A stretch of DNA of 63,675 bases, filler included, from Reclinomonas americana ATCC 50394 (taxonomy: Eukaryota): the NCBI GenBank assembly GCA_048213135.1. It is 9 parts of 9 records of this genome, joined end to end, with 100 filler letters (N's around TTAATTAATTAA, not from the genome) between each part and the next. Parts side by side here need not be neighbours in the genome. Positions count along the whole stretch, not along the records: positions 1 to 13,817 come from AFZH01017392.1; positions 13,918 to 16,494 come from AFZH01017393.1; 7 more parts are not named here. One strand, 5' to 3'. Position 1 is the first letter of the stretch. Each line of letters starts with the position of its first letter. The notes under the pieces were generated by a model. It saw only the letters and a list, made by a program, of their open reading frames with translations, was not told the origin of the DNA and searched no databases. Positions 1-14,700 of this stretch are shown here, one piece after another. The position numbers and the translations under genes are program-made.

Positions 1-1638
1 GGAAGTATCGCGCGCAGGTGAGGCACGATCGTCATCGCTGTCGTCAGTCTCTCCCTCACTCACTCACTCATTCTGCTTCTCGCACACGCACACACACTAA
101 AGGACATTGCGATCGCGTGCATTTACCTGGCGGCCAAGTGCGAAGAGCAGCAAAAGTTGCTGCGCGATGTCGTGAATGTGTATCATCACTTGCTGGAGAT
201 GCATGCAGGCAATGTGCCGCCCTCCGTATTACCGTACGCCTCAGAAGTGCGTCTGCATCGTCGTCCCTCTCTCTTCCCCGTGTGCACACTTGCTCAATGC
301 GTCTGTGTGTATGTGGGGGCAGGTGTACTACGCCTATCGCAATGCGATTGTCAAGTACGAGCGATTCATTCTGAAGGAACTCGGTTTTGTCGTGTCGGTG
401 GAGCATGCGCACAAGTACATTTATGCGTATCTCGGTGTGCTGGACTGTGCGCGGAACTCGCCACTGGCGCAGACGGCGTGGAACTATGTCAATGACTCGC
501 TGCGCACGAATCTGTGTGTTCGTTTCAGACCGCATGTGATTGCCACGGCGGCGATTTTCCTGGCGGCACGAAAGCACGCCCACCCGTTGCCGGAGAGTCC
601 GCCGTGGTGGGAGCTGTTTGCCGTCAGTCGTGAACGTGAGTAGACGTCGAGTGCCACGCAGTGTGTGTGCGTCGACTGACCGATGCCGTGTGCAGAGCTG
701 GAGACGGTGTGTGGAGACATTCTCGAGTTGTACGAAATGCAGTCGCCCAGATTTGTGGAGCTACCGCGCACCGACGCCACAGTTGCGTCCGTAGGAGAGG
801 AGGGTTGGCGAGCAGTGTCTCATTGTGCTTTGATGTGCAGTTGAACACACCTGGCCGCGTGGCCGGATACACGCCCCAGTCGATACCATCTGCGACACCG
901 CGGCTACACACGGCTGCTGCACCGACCTCATCCAACACGACAACACCGTCGGCGCCGTGCACGCTGGCCGATGCCGATCCAAATCGAGTTGGCATCCCGA
1001 CCTCCATGAGCACGGCGTCGGCAGGCGATTTGCTGAACGCCGATCTGGTGCGCCGACACAAGGAGCAGCTGGAGTTGTACCGCGCGCAGCACCCACTCGA
1101 GGTGTGTGTGTTAGTCAGCACGCGTTTGCCCACTCTCTCTCTCTCTCACCCTTATGAGACGAACGCTACGCAGACGCAGCAAGAAAGCGACAAGATAGAA
1201 GAGCTGCGGCAGGCGGCACGCGAGTCGGCGCGTGCAAATGGTGCAACCGAGGAGACTGGGAGCAGAGACAGGCGGCCGTCGATGGCTGTGGATGGTGAGG
1301 AGAGGAAGTCTCGGAAACGATCGCGATCTCGGTCGCCGTCGCCGATCAGTGATCGCGAGAGGGAGAAGTGGTACAAACGACGGGAGGGCGACCGCGACCG
1401 AGATCGAGAGCGGGATGGCGATCGTGACCGCCGTGATCGAGATCGAGATCGGGATCGAGACCGCGACCGAGATCGGGACCGGGACCGTGATCGAGATCGG
1501 GGCAGCGACAGGAGACGATCGAGCACGTCGGGTAGCAGCAGTCGGCGTGACTACGATGGAGACCGCGATCGCGATCGAGAGCGCGATCGAGACAGGAGAG
1601 ACCGCGATGAATCACCGCCGCAAAAACGTAGACGGTGA
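1..1638 (+). CDS. CCNL: Cyclin L-like protein (5' partial), cyclin boxes plus RS/RD-rich tail
   Basis: Spliced exons give DIAIACIYLAAKCEEQQKLLRDVVNV, YERFILKELGFVVSVEHAHK, AWNYVNDSLRTNLCVRFRPHVIATAAIFLAAR, LPESPPWWELF and an RD-dipeptide tail ending PPQKRRR*. Introns are GT-AG. Confidence 0.9.
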
Positions 1639-1680
1639 CAATGAAAAAAATGCAGACTGCTCGCCTTCAACGAATCGCAC

Positions 1681-4600
1681 ATGACGAACAAGCTCACGCC
1701 GCAGTCGAGCTGGCTGAGCCCGGCTGGCATCTTCGAGCGCCTATGCTATGATCTGCACTGGGTCATGGAGACGTACAAGTTGCGACATGTCGGCACTCCT
1801 TCCACTCTCTCACTCTCTCACACTCTCACACTCCCCCTCATTTGCGCGGTGTGCATCCACTCTCCCACTCAGCAACCCGGTCCGCACAAACATCTCACGC
1901 ACGAGACAAGAGGCCACGGACTTGGTCGTGCAATCGGCGCCCGTGCAGCGCGTGATTGATCAGGTGTCCCGCGAACAGAGTCTGCCGCGTGATCAGGTGG
2001 AGGCCAGGTGCGGCACACCTGTGATTGATTGTGTATGTGTGTGTGTGTTGCATGCATGCATGCATGCACATTGCATCAGTTTGTCACCCAAATTCTCAGA
2101 GCCCGACAAATGACGTTTGCACTGGCGGCCGATCCGCGTGATGGCGCCATCAAGCTGTTTGGCTACGGCTTGCGCAAGATCTTCCGTCACATGTTTGGCA
2201 ATCAGGTTACTGTCTGCTGCAGAGTTCTGCGCGACGACGAGAGTTGCCGATGACTGACAGTCGTCTGTGCTGTGCACACAGATCCACATTGACATGCAGA
2301 GTCTGGAGCGCGTCCGGGCTGTGCACACCGAGTTGGTGCGCAAGCGCTCTGGATCGTTGGTGCTGCTGCCGAATCACGTTGCGTCGGCTGTCGTCTGTTT
2401 TTTTCTCGTGAGCGCAACTGATGAGATGCTGCGGCAGACGAGTCACATTGACTACATGGTGATGTCGTATATTATGGCACACGAGGAGCTGGAGGCGCCA
2501 TTCATTGCAGCTGGAGGTACTGTCGATGGTGGAGACACACAAGGTATTGTTGTGTCTCACATTGTGTGTGGCAGAGAACATGAACATGCCGCTGCTCGGC
2601 AAGCTATTCCGCCACTCCAATGCCTTTTTCTTGCGCCGCTCATTCGGCTCCGATCCACTGTACAAGGCCTGTTTTGCCGAGTACGTCACGTCGGTTGTGC
2701 GCGACGGACATGTGTGCGAGTTCTTCATCGAAGGCACCAGGTGCGTCGGGGAAGTGCGCACAATGACGACAGCAGTGTGCGTGACATCTCGTTTGTGTGT
2801 TTTCGGAGGGTAGATCACGCAGCGGCAAGGTGTTGCGACCGCGGCTGGGAATGATGGGAAACATGGTGGATGCGCTGCTGCACGACGAAATCAAGGACCT
2901 GTGGCTGTGCCCCGTCAACATTCAGTATGAGAAGTTGCGGACACTCGGCGCTGCGCTGCTGTTATGTGTTTTCCCATCACCCCCTCACCTCGGTAGCGTG
3001 CAGGGTGTTGGAGGGAGAGACATTCTCCAACGAACTGCTCGGCGCTGCAAAGAAGCCAGGTGTGTGTCTGCGTGTGTGCGCATGCAGCGTCGCGTGTGGG
3101 ATTCCTGACTGGCGCTGCTCGATGCAGAGTCGCTGCTGGCTGTGATCACTGGCGCCCCCGACATGCTGCGTCTGAACCTCGGCTCCATCCACCTGCGCTT
3201 CAGTGAGCCGTTCTCCATGCGCGAGTACGTGTCTGCGTTCAAAGTGGACCGCGGTCTCGATCCGCTGGGTGACGAAGACGCGCGCCGCAAGCTCGTCACC
3301 TCCCTCGGTTATCGTGTGATTTACGATTTGAATCGGTCGCGTGTGGCCATGCCTGCCGCGATTGTGGCGGCTATTATTCTGGCGTACCCCGGTGTGTGTG
3401 TGTATGTGTTTGAGTGTGTGTGGGGAGGCCGGTGACGATGCTGCTGGCTGACTGGCACGCTTCGGTGACAGGACGCGCAATCGGTGTGGAGCAACTCGTC
3501 CAACAGTACGACTGGCTGTCGCGAGAGATCTCGAAGCGCGGCGGTGCCGTGGCGGCCTTTGACGTCAGCAGCTCGGTGGTGGTGGAGCGCACACTGACAA
3601 AGCTGAAGAATGTGAGTCTCGGTCAGAGTCACCGATGCGTACGGGCGTGTGACTGATGCTGCGTGGCGCAGTTGTTTGTCAAGGAGAGTCGCAAGAAAAA
3701 GTGGATTGTTCCACTTGCCCTCCCGCGAGAGAGGTGCGTCGGGGTAGTCGGTGGTGTGCAAAGTGTTGTGTGTGCTCACGACGACCCGTGCGCGCAGCCT
3801 GGAGTTGAGTTTCTATCGCAATCAGGTGTGTGGCTTTTGCAGAGCGAGGTTTTTCTTGTGACAGTGGTGGTGACGCTAACAGTGACTGCTATGCTCGCCG
3901 ACACCCGCAGATTGTGCATCTCTTTGTGCAAGATGCCGTCGTGGCCGTGGCGATGACTGCACTGGCGCAGAAGCATCAGGTACCGCGTGGTTTGACGCCA
4001 TGAATGACAGAGATATTCTTGGTTGACTGACCACCGCGACCAGACGTTTACCGAGTGGGTGTCGCTCTCGGAGCTGATCCCCGAGGCCAAGTTCCTCAGT
4101 CAGCTGCTGAAGCTCGAGTTTTCTTACAAGCCGGCAGTGGAATTTGAGCAGGCCTTGCGCGAGTCGCTGAACAGCCTGATCTCGGAGGGTATCCTGCAGC
4201 AGATGATGGAGAGTGTGCGCTTCAGTCAGGGTGTGCGTGAGCGACCCCTGTACTCGTTTTTGTGCGGCTCACTGTGGCCTTTTGTGGAGGCCTACTGGTG
4301 TGGCTTTGTGACACTCTTCTCTCTACTGCCGCGTCGAATGACAACGGTGTGTTTTGCTGATTGTGTGCGCGACGGATACGTGTGTGGGTATGCTTGCTTA
4401 TCACGGGTCACTGATGTGCAGGAGAAACTGCTGGTCAGTCAGATGCAGTCGGTGGTGGAGACGCTGTACTATCAAGTTTCGTGTGGTGCACGCACTCGTG
4501 TGTGCTTTCTTCCGCTCTTTCGGCGAACGTACTGACTGGCCATCGTGCAGGATGTGTGCCAGTACCTGGAATGCCTGTCGCAGGACACCTTGGCCAATGT

Positions 4601-4832
4601 GGCCATGTTCCAGCAAGATGTCGGCTTCTTGCATGCGCGTACTATTGGCACGGCCAAGGTGGTCAAACTGACGCCGGAGTATGCGGGCGCCGGTGAGGCA
4701 CTGATGCGGTACACGGAGCGCATTGCGACATTCCGGCGACCGGCAGCCTGGACCGCAGCATGTGCGCAGCAAATGGACGCTGTGCTCGAGCTGGTGCAGG
4801 GCGACTGGCCGGGTCTCAAGGCCAAGTTGTGA
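1681..4832 (+). CDS. GNPAT: Dihydroxyacetone-phosphate acyltransferase (peroxisomal, ether-lipid synthesis)
   Basis: Spliced motifs LLPNHTSHIDY (HxxxxD), AFFLRRSFG, EFFIEGTRSRSGK and PVNIQYEKVLE. The C-terminus is a PTS1 (AKL*). There are about a dozen GT-AG introns. Confidence 0.88.
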
Positions 4833-5154
4833 TTGAGAGGAGAAGGCTGTGTTGGAGAAAAAATGCAAGACGGGTTATTGTTTCATAATTTTACCACGTT
4901 CAGTACTTTTGCACTACGTACACACACACATACAAAAATTTGATAAACATGCAGCCAGACAGGCAGAGACTGCCCGTCGAAGAAGTACCCCAAGCGGCGA
5001 ACACTGGTTTCTGGTGCTGATTTGAATAGAATTATTGTAATTTTGCTGACACGAGAAACCAGCTGCGCACGCAATATCAGAGTTAGATGACGACGTGTCG
5101 CGACGGCGCACATGACGACACGACGCAACAGTTGCTGCCCTCCCCCTTGCAGTA

Positions 5155-6385
5155 TTACGACGCATGCGTCCGTTTCAGCGCCGGCATAATGTCCGGATCC
5201 GTGGCCTCCACAGCCTCGCGATCGAACTCGCGGTGGCGCTTGCCGAGATGGAGTAGCGCGGATTCGGGCGACTCCTCACCGGCCGAGGTGGCCGCAGCTT
5301 TACGAGCGCGCACACACACAGTCAGTCAGTCCATCACAGCATTTCACAGATTGCTCGCTGCGCTGACATACCGAAGGTCAGCAACAAGTGCGCATCGTCC
5401 ACCAGCGGCTCGCCATTGTTGGGATTCTTGATGCCGCGTCTTCGCAGGCGAGACGGGTCCAGCAGCATTGCAGTACCTGTGCACGAGGCATGAGCCATGT
5501 GTTGTCACGGCAATGATGAAGTGACTCGCGCGCACGGTCACCATCGTCGCCAGTCTCCAGTGCCTTTCTGTACATGATGGCGGCCTGATTCTGCGAGGCT
5601 TTGGAGGTCCGCGTCTGCACCACCTGCGCCACTCGCTCCCACTCGGAGCCGAATCGACGAATGCCCGCCAGCAGGCGCTCGCGTTCCTCCTCGGTCCAGC
5701 CCGGCACACGAATGGCGCCACCTTTGGGTTTGGCTGGTGGCAGCAGTTCACGCGTAACTGACGAGAGCACAAGTTGAAGTGTAAGTCGCCCTCAACGGAC
5801 GGCAAGACAGAGACACGTAAGCACGTTGACCCTCGGGCTCACCAGGCCAGCGACAGGCGTGACCCTGACATTGCTCGAAATCGCGAGTGCCGACAAACTC
5901 TGACACCTGCTTCCAGTCGCGCCCGAAGAGCTTGACGGCGGCGATTAACCGCTCCTTCTCGTCGGTCTGCCACGCGTTGAGGTGTGGTCTCTCGTTGGCA
6001 GGCACCGGTGGTGGAAGCCGACTGCGAGCCTCTGCGCACGAGCACGGCAAACAGTGGCGGGGTGCGGGGGAGTTGGTGCGAGTGAGAGCAAGCGCGCCAA
6101 AAGCCGAAATGGGATTCACACTCCAGGCACCGCCACCCACCTTCCCATTGATGAGCATAGCCACGGCACAGTCCAGGAGTGCGGGAGGCCACGTGGGCGG
6201 CCACTCGCTGCACGAAAGGATCACAAAAAACAATGAAACCAAATCACTGTCAGTTGGTGGACTTGGTGACATCTTCTCTCTCTCGCTGTGCCTCACGCAA
6301 CATGCCAGTCGCGGCCAAACATGGTCACCGCCTCCAGCAGTCGTTCGCGCTCCTCGGCAGACCACGACTTGCGGTCGCTGTGCAT
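5155..6385 (-). CDS. Myb/SANT-repeat protein (three repeats)
   Basis: WSAEERERLLEAVTMFGRDWHRVAAHVASRT; WQTDEKERLIAAVKLFGRDWKQVSEFVGTR; WTEEERERLLAGIRRFGSEWERVAQVVQTR. The start codon is uncertain. Confidence 0.8.
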
Positions 6386-7110
6386 TGGCAACCGCCCTGG
6401 CGTCAGCGAGAAGACAGATGCGAACACTGATGATGTGTTGTTGTGATGCAGAATGCACATGCGCACCTGTACACAGAGCGCTTCTGCCGAAACATGATGA
6501 GCCTTGTGTGTGGGTGATAAGTGACGAGTTGGGTTGTGTCAGTTGGGGGTGGCTGTGCGTGCGCACCGAGAGACAGACAAGAGTGACGAAAAGTTCTCGC
6601 GGACGCGGCGAAAAAGTGTGTGAGCAATTCCAGATTTGGGTGTCGATGACGAAAAATTGTGTTGCGCGCCGCCCACAGGCGAAGTTGCGATGGAAAACGC
6701 GTGCGCGTGGCTGGTGGAGGGGAGGAGTGGGGCGGGGAGTCGAGAGCGGTGAGACGCGACAGGCGGCGAAGTGGTTGCAGCAAATTTTTCGAAATCCCGC
6801 GATGTGGGCGGCGCCACTGACGATCGTTCCCATGTTGGACGAGCGGCGTGCAGAAGAGCACTCTCTTGCATCAGCCTTGTCTGCCGTGGAGAGCATCTCT
6901 GTTTGCACCAATCATGTTTCCTGGTCTCACACGTGCACGTGGTGACGTTCGCGAACGTCGAGGAGAGTGTGCAAGACGTGCCTCACTGTGTCTGTGGCTA
7001 ACTAGCGCCTCTCGCCTGAACGTCGATGCCCATGTCACAGGCACGTTGAAGCCAGGGAGCGACATGAGCAACGGAGGACCGACGTTGCAATTGACAACTG
7101 TGCTTCTTGC

Positions 7111-7907
7111 ATGCTGTGGCGCGCGCTGGCACAGCTCTCCAAACTTCCCCTCCACACACGTGCGTCCCTACTACTGCTCCTACTCTCCACCGTCCTCCTC
7201 CTCATTCTCGTCATTGGTGCGTTGCACCTCATTGTTGTTCCGCACATCGACCTATTCCAACTCACACTCACACACACTCACACACACACACACTCGTGCA
7301 TGCAGGCTCCTTCTCTGCCTCCACTGTCACCTCCTCCACTCCCGTTGTGCGCATGAGCGAGGCGTCGGCGTCGTCGTCAACCAACTTGTCCGTGTGTTAT
7401 GTGACTGTGCCGGATGAGAGCACGGGCGCGACAATCGCACGCGCTCTGGTCGAGCGCAAGCTGGCGGCATGTGTCAACATGATACCAGGTCGTTACCACA
7501 CGCACCACCACCACCACCACACACGCACGCAGTGACTCAATCAAGGGAGAAAGCAGGCATCACGAGTTTCTACGAGTGGAAGGGCGTGGTGGAGACGAGT
7601 TCCGAGCTGCTGCTGATGATCAAGACGCGTACTGGTGAGTCGCACACACCGCCTCAATTTCTTGCTGCCTCTCGTCTCCTCATGCACTCGCCGTACGCAG
7701 AGTTGGTGAAGGAGCTTACAGAGGTAATCGGATCACTTCCGTCGCCACTCTCGGTGTGAACATCGACTCACGGTGATAATGCAGGCGGTGCGCTCATTGC
7801 ACCCATACGAGGTATTCGAAGTGATTTCCACACCACTCTCGCCCGACGGCAACGCCCCATATCTCGAATGGGTGGCGACCAACACCAAGTCAGCGACCAT
7901 CAAATAA
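7111..7907 (+). CDS. cutA: CutA divalent-cation tolerance protein with N-terminal hydrophobic anchor
   Basis: [40 protein letters not shown]...ELLLMIKTRT...LHPYEVFEV...GNAPYLEWV. A Leu-rich first exon from 7111 splices in frame; an alternative start is at 7353. Confidence 0.9.
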
Positions 7908-8119
7908 CGGATGTGTGTGTGCGCAGGGGCAACAACGAAAAAGCGCGGTTCCATAACGCAGTAAAGAAAAAAGCCTTCACACAGTTTGCAGAAAAAGAGC
8001 AGAGGGAGGAGATGAGAACAGCAGGGGCACAGGGTGAGTGAGCGCTGGCGTGCGTGTCTGATGCACACACACACGCTCTCTCTCATCAGTGTGTCTCTCT
8101 GTCATGCGCTCCCATCCTC

Positions 8120-10667
<2,548 letters not shown>

Positions 10668-10764
10668 TGCGTCGCGTGATTGTGTATTGGACAGAGAGGC
10701 CCAGAGACGTGATACGCGAGTTCTGTCCTCTCAATCACACACACCGACGTCGGAGCGAAGTCAA

Positions 10765-11304
10765 ATGGTGAGTTGGACACACATGCATACGGGAAAGAGA
10801 GAGAGAGACCTTATGCGCGCGGAGACACACGCTGAGTGGCAGAGCAGCAGAGCGAGCGTCTTTGTGTGCATCGTCAACATGTGCACACTCACGCACTCAC
10901 ACTCACTCTCTTTCACTTGCACGCAGGCCACACCACTCATCGCTGGTCTTGCCATCGCGGCCGCGGCCACAGGCGCGCGCATTGCTGTGCGTGCAGCGCG
11001 TGCGTACAAGGCCAACAATCCCAACCTCGCTGCTGGCGTCATGGAGATGGCGGGTTCTATGCGGCGGCCCTTTGCGAAAAAGTTCTACGAGGGCGGTTTC
11101 GAGGCGGAAATGTCAAAGAAGGAGGCGCAGTTGATTTTGGAGGTCAAGGAGCGCGCCACCAAGCAGGAAATTGCGGATGCTCATCGACGATTGATGCGCC
11201 AGAATCATCCCGACTCGGGTGGCTCGGCGTACCTCTCGACCAAGATCAACGAGGCCAAGGCCGTGCTGTCGGGCAAGGGACGGAGTAGCGCGTCGGGGAT
11301 GTGA
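10765..11304 (+). CDS. PAM18: Mitochondrial import motor J-protein PAM18/TIM14 (DNAJC19-like)
   Basis: ATG-only first coding exon (10765-10767) and intron 10768-10926, then FYEGGFEAEMSKKEAQLIL...HRRLMRQNHPDSGGSAYLSTKINEAK. Confidence 0.92.
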   Translation: MVSWTHMHTGKRERDLMRAETHAEWQSSRASVFVCIVNMCTLTHSHSLSFTCTQATPLIAGLAIAAAATGARIAVRAARAYKANNPNLAAGVMEMAGSMRRPFAKKFYEGGFEAEMSKKEAQLILEVKERATKQEIADAHRRLMRQNHPDSGGSAYLSTKINEAKAVLSGKGRSSASGM

Positions 11305-11775
11305 TGGGGAGTGTTGTTGTTGTTTGTTACTATTAGGTAGAGTCCATTCTGTTTAATTGGCGTGGTGCTCCTCCAGCTGTGCCGGCGCGTTCCGTGTTTG
11401 TGTTTTTTAGTCACACGGGATCGTCGTGTGCGCGAGAGAGAGTGGTGAGGGGCACAATGCAGCGTTTGTTTTGCGGTACATTGCACTGGGTCCATAGGAA
11501 GCGCCTGTCTGCTGATTACAGCAAGCGAGAGAGCTGCGTTGCTCGTGTGACGAATTAACGTCCTCCCTCCCTTGCGATCGTGGTCTGAGTGCGTGCGTGC
11601 GTGCGTGCGCGGAACGAAAACGGAACGCATGTTGTGTTACTTTCATAAAAGAGACAGAAGGGGATGAACAAGAAGGGAGAGGAGGCCAGAGAAACGCACG
11701 CCGTAGCTGAATAGGGAAAGTGAGTGAGTAAGTGAATAGGTATGTGTGTGTGTGTGTTTGAGAGAGAGAGATTAA

Positions 11776-14700
11776 TCAGCGCTTGGAGGGCGAGGGACTG
11801 TTGCCGGCGGCTGCGGCGGCGGCCGACAGTGCCCGCGACTGTTGGTGCAATCGCTCCAGCTCCGACAGTTGGCGCCGGAACGAGTCGAGCACATCGTCCT
11901 CGACCGACTTGGCCACACGGGCGGCCTGAGCGGACGCAGCCGCTGCCGTTCCGGGCGAAGTCCTGGATGCGGCTCCGGTGGCAGCTGTTCGTGCCGCCCC
12001 TGCTGACCGCTGGCGGGTCACCGTACCCAGACCCTCCTCTGGATCGCCCACCAAACCTTACCATCACATGACTGGTGAGCAGCAACTCCAATGCCGACAA
12101 GGAGTAGGCAGTGCGCGCAAACATACCTCCGTATGAGCTGGCAATGGACGCCATGGCTGAGCCCATGGCAGCCTCCTCCTTTCTCTGCTGCTCCTTCCAC
12201 CGTTGCACTGCGCGCACGTGTGTGATTATCAAGCAAACGAATGGGCACGGAAGTCCCTACGCAACACTGCTCGCTGGTAAACTTGAGTCCGGCAGGCGGC
12301 AAGTCGTCCAGTTCCACCGCCGATGTCGTGTACTGTGTGCAGCGAACCTGGTCAATCAGCACTTTTGTAAACGTGGGAGACAGATGCTTGGTACACACCG
12401 GCGGTTCATCCGAGCCACACTCGCTCGACTGCGATCACACACATCAGTTAGCCAACATGTGGAGAACAAAACGCGACGACGGTCGCATAGCAGCAAACCT
12501 CCTCTTGCGGTCTCTCCCACCGACGACGATCGGTGGTGGAGGTGGCATTCGTGGCAGATGCCGACGACGATTGCTGCTGCTGCTGCTGCTGCCTCTGTTG
12601 CCTCTGCTGTTGCGCGGCGGCGGCGGCTGCACGGGCCTTGGCGGCCGCCAGTCCACTGTCGGGGCGCTGTACTTGGAAGTGCTCGGGGAAGGAAAACTCC
12701 TCCTCCGTGTCGAGCTCCTCGCTCGCATCTTCGTCTTCGCTCGCCCCCGACCAGCGGTCCATGGCACTGGAGCTGGCGTCCTCACTGTCAAAGGCATCCA
12801 GACCGCGTTGCTGCGGCGACACGGACGGATAGCCATCTGCGTCGGTGCGTGACAAGGCAAGAAGAGTGAGAGTGCGTGCGAGAGAGTAGACATCGTCGCC
12901 GGGCTCACCGCCGTGCTCCAGCTGCAGATGCGACGAGCGCAGCTGCTTAATATCCGACTGCCGCTGCAACTCGAGCTGACGAGCCTGTCGCGCCAACTTC
13001 TCCTGCTTCTTTTGCAACTCTACAGCAGGAGGCGCGCACGTGAGAACAAGGCACACAGGGCGGAAGCAACAATCAGCGCCCGCAACTCCGCATGTCGGCC
13101 TCATATGCACGATTCACACGCTCCATGACCTGGCTGTACACAATCTCCTCCTCGAGATGCTCGCTCAACGCCTGCACAATGTCCTCGCGCAGCGTCTGCG
13201 TTCCAGTGCCGCGGTGAGCGAGTAGTCTGCACAAAAAACTGAAGCAAGACCCCAACGCAACTGCTGTGAGCGGCTTGCCGTCAAACTGCTGCAGCGAACG
13301 GCGCATGCTCGTGATCGAGTCCGACGACAAGTTCGGCAGCTTGCCGAGTGCAAAGGCTGCGCCGACAGCAAAGTGAGGAAACAAGTAGAAATGTACACAC
13401 ATACACATCTCGTCGCATCGCACCAAGCACTTTCTCCGTCAGCCGCTGCCGCATGGCCGACGTCAGCTGTACGAGCTCACGTCGACTGTAGCGACATCAG
13501 TGTCTTGCAGCAGCACGGAAAAAGACACACACACACAAAAGACAATCTCACCGCTGCGACGAGCGATTGCGCTGCGAGCTGCCCGGACTGCTCTCGTTGG
13601 CCAGCACATCCAGTGTCTGCTCCACCAACACACCAAGCTCACGCAGCACCTCCTCCACGCTTCCCTGTACCACCAAAGCATCGCCACGGTCAGCGCCCGT
13701 TCGACCGCAGACCAGCTCAAAACACGCACACACCTCCATGAGACCGGCCGACTCGGTGGACGTCGCAGTCATCTCCGAGTCTTGTCTGCAGCAGTTTCTT
13801 CGAATCAGCACGATGACNNNNNNNNNNNNNNNNNNNNNNNNNNNNNNNNNNNNNNNNNNNNTTAATTAATTAANNNNNNNNNNNNNNNNNNNNNNNNNNN
13901 NNNNNNNNNNNNNNNNNCGGTGACGCGACAGGCACACCAGGAGGCTGCACGCAACACGATAGTATTCGAAGAATGCACCCAGGAACCGACGACGGTCCAT
14001 TGGATTCGGCAGTCCGCGACAGAACTGGAGTGCCAGCTTGATGTCGTCGACATCCATGCGACTCGCTGTGCTTCCACACACGCATACGCACGATTGAGAT
14101 GCACACTCATACACGTGCATATGTATCCACGAGACCTTCCGTCACCGGGTCGTCCACGTCGTCCAGTCGCTGATCCTGCAGCTGCTGGTTCTCTTCATCG
14201 TCGTCGTCCTCCTCGTCCTCGTCGCCATCGCCGCCATCATCCTCATCGTCACCGTCGTCACCTTCCTCCTCATCCTCCTGCTCGTCGTCGGCATCGGATT
14301 CGTCGACCATCACCTCGGTGCTGCCGTGCGCTTCAATCAGTGCCACAACACGCATTTTTTCAACCATCGCCATGCAGCACACCGACCTCGCGCCACCAAA
14401 CGTCGATGCGTCGCCATGGCGCGACGAGCTCTCGCTCTCCGATTGCTGCAGTCCACGCTGTGTGCGATGTGTCACCCACCACACAGCATCTCCATGGTCA
14501 CCGACATGCGCGCACACTTACCGACTGGCGAATCAACATTTGTTCCTGCATTTGCAAATCACGCAGCTGCTCGTATTGACGCTTGAGCTGCTGCAGCTGC
14601 TCGAGTTCCATCTGCTGTTTCCGCTGCTCGCGCTGTGCCGCCAGCAGAGCGGCTTTCTGACGCGACAGCTCCATGTACTGTTCGTAGAGGTCGCGAATCT

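Noticed and set aside
1380..1610. GATCGA/GACCGC hexamer repeats
   Set aside because: They are the coding RD dipeptide tail typical of cyclin L.
1779..1872. Apparent non-canonical intron in GNPAT (HVG|NPV junction)
   Set aside because: It is explained by a canonical GTTGCG donor at 1779, giving TYNNPVRT.
5748..6945. Overlapping 387-aa and 352-aa ORFs on opposite strands
   Set aside because: They are stop-poor GC-rich sequence over the Myb gene introns and promoter, with no coherent protein.
13862..13873. TTAATTAATTAA palindrome recurring eight times
   Set aside because: It is always centred in 100-nt N gaps, so it is an assembly linker, not biology.
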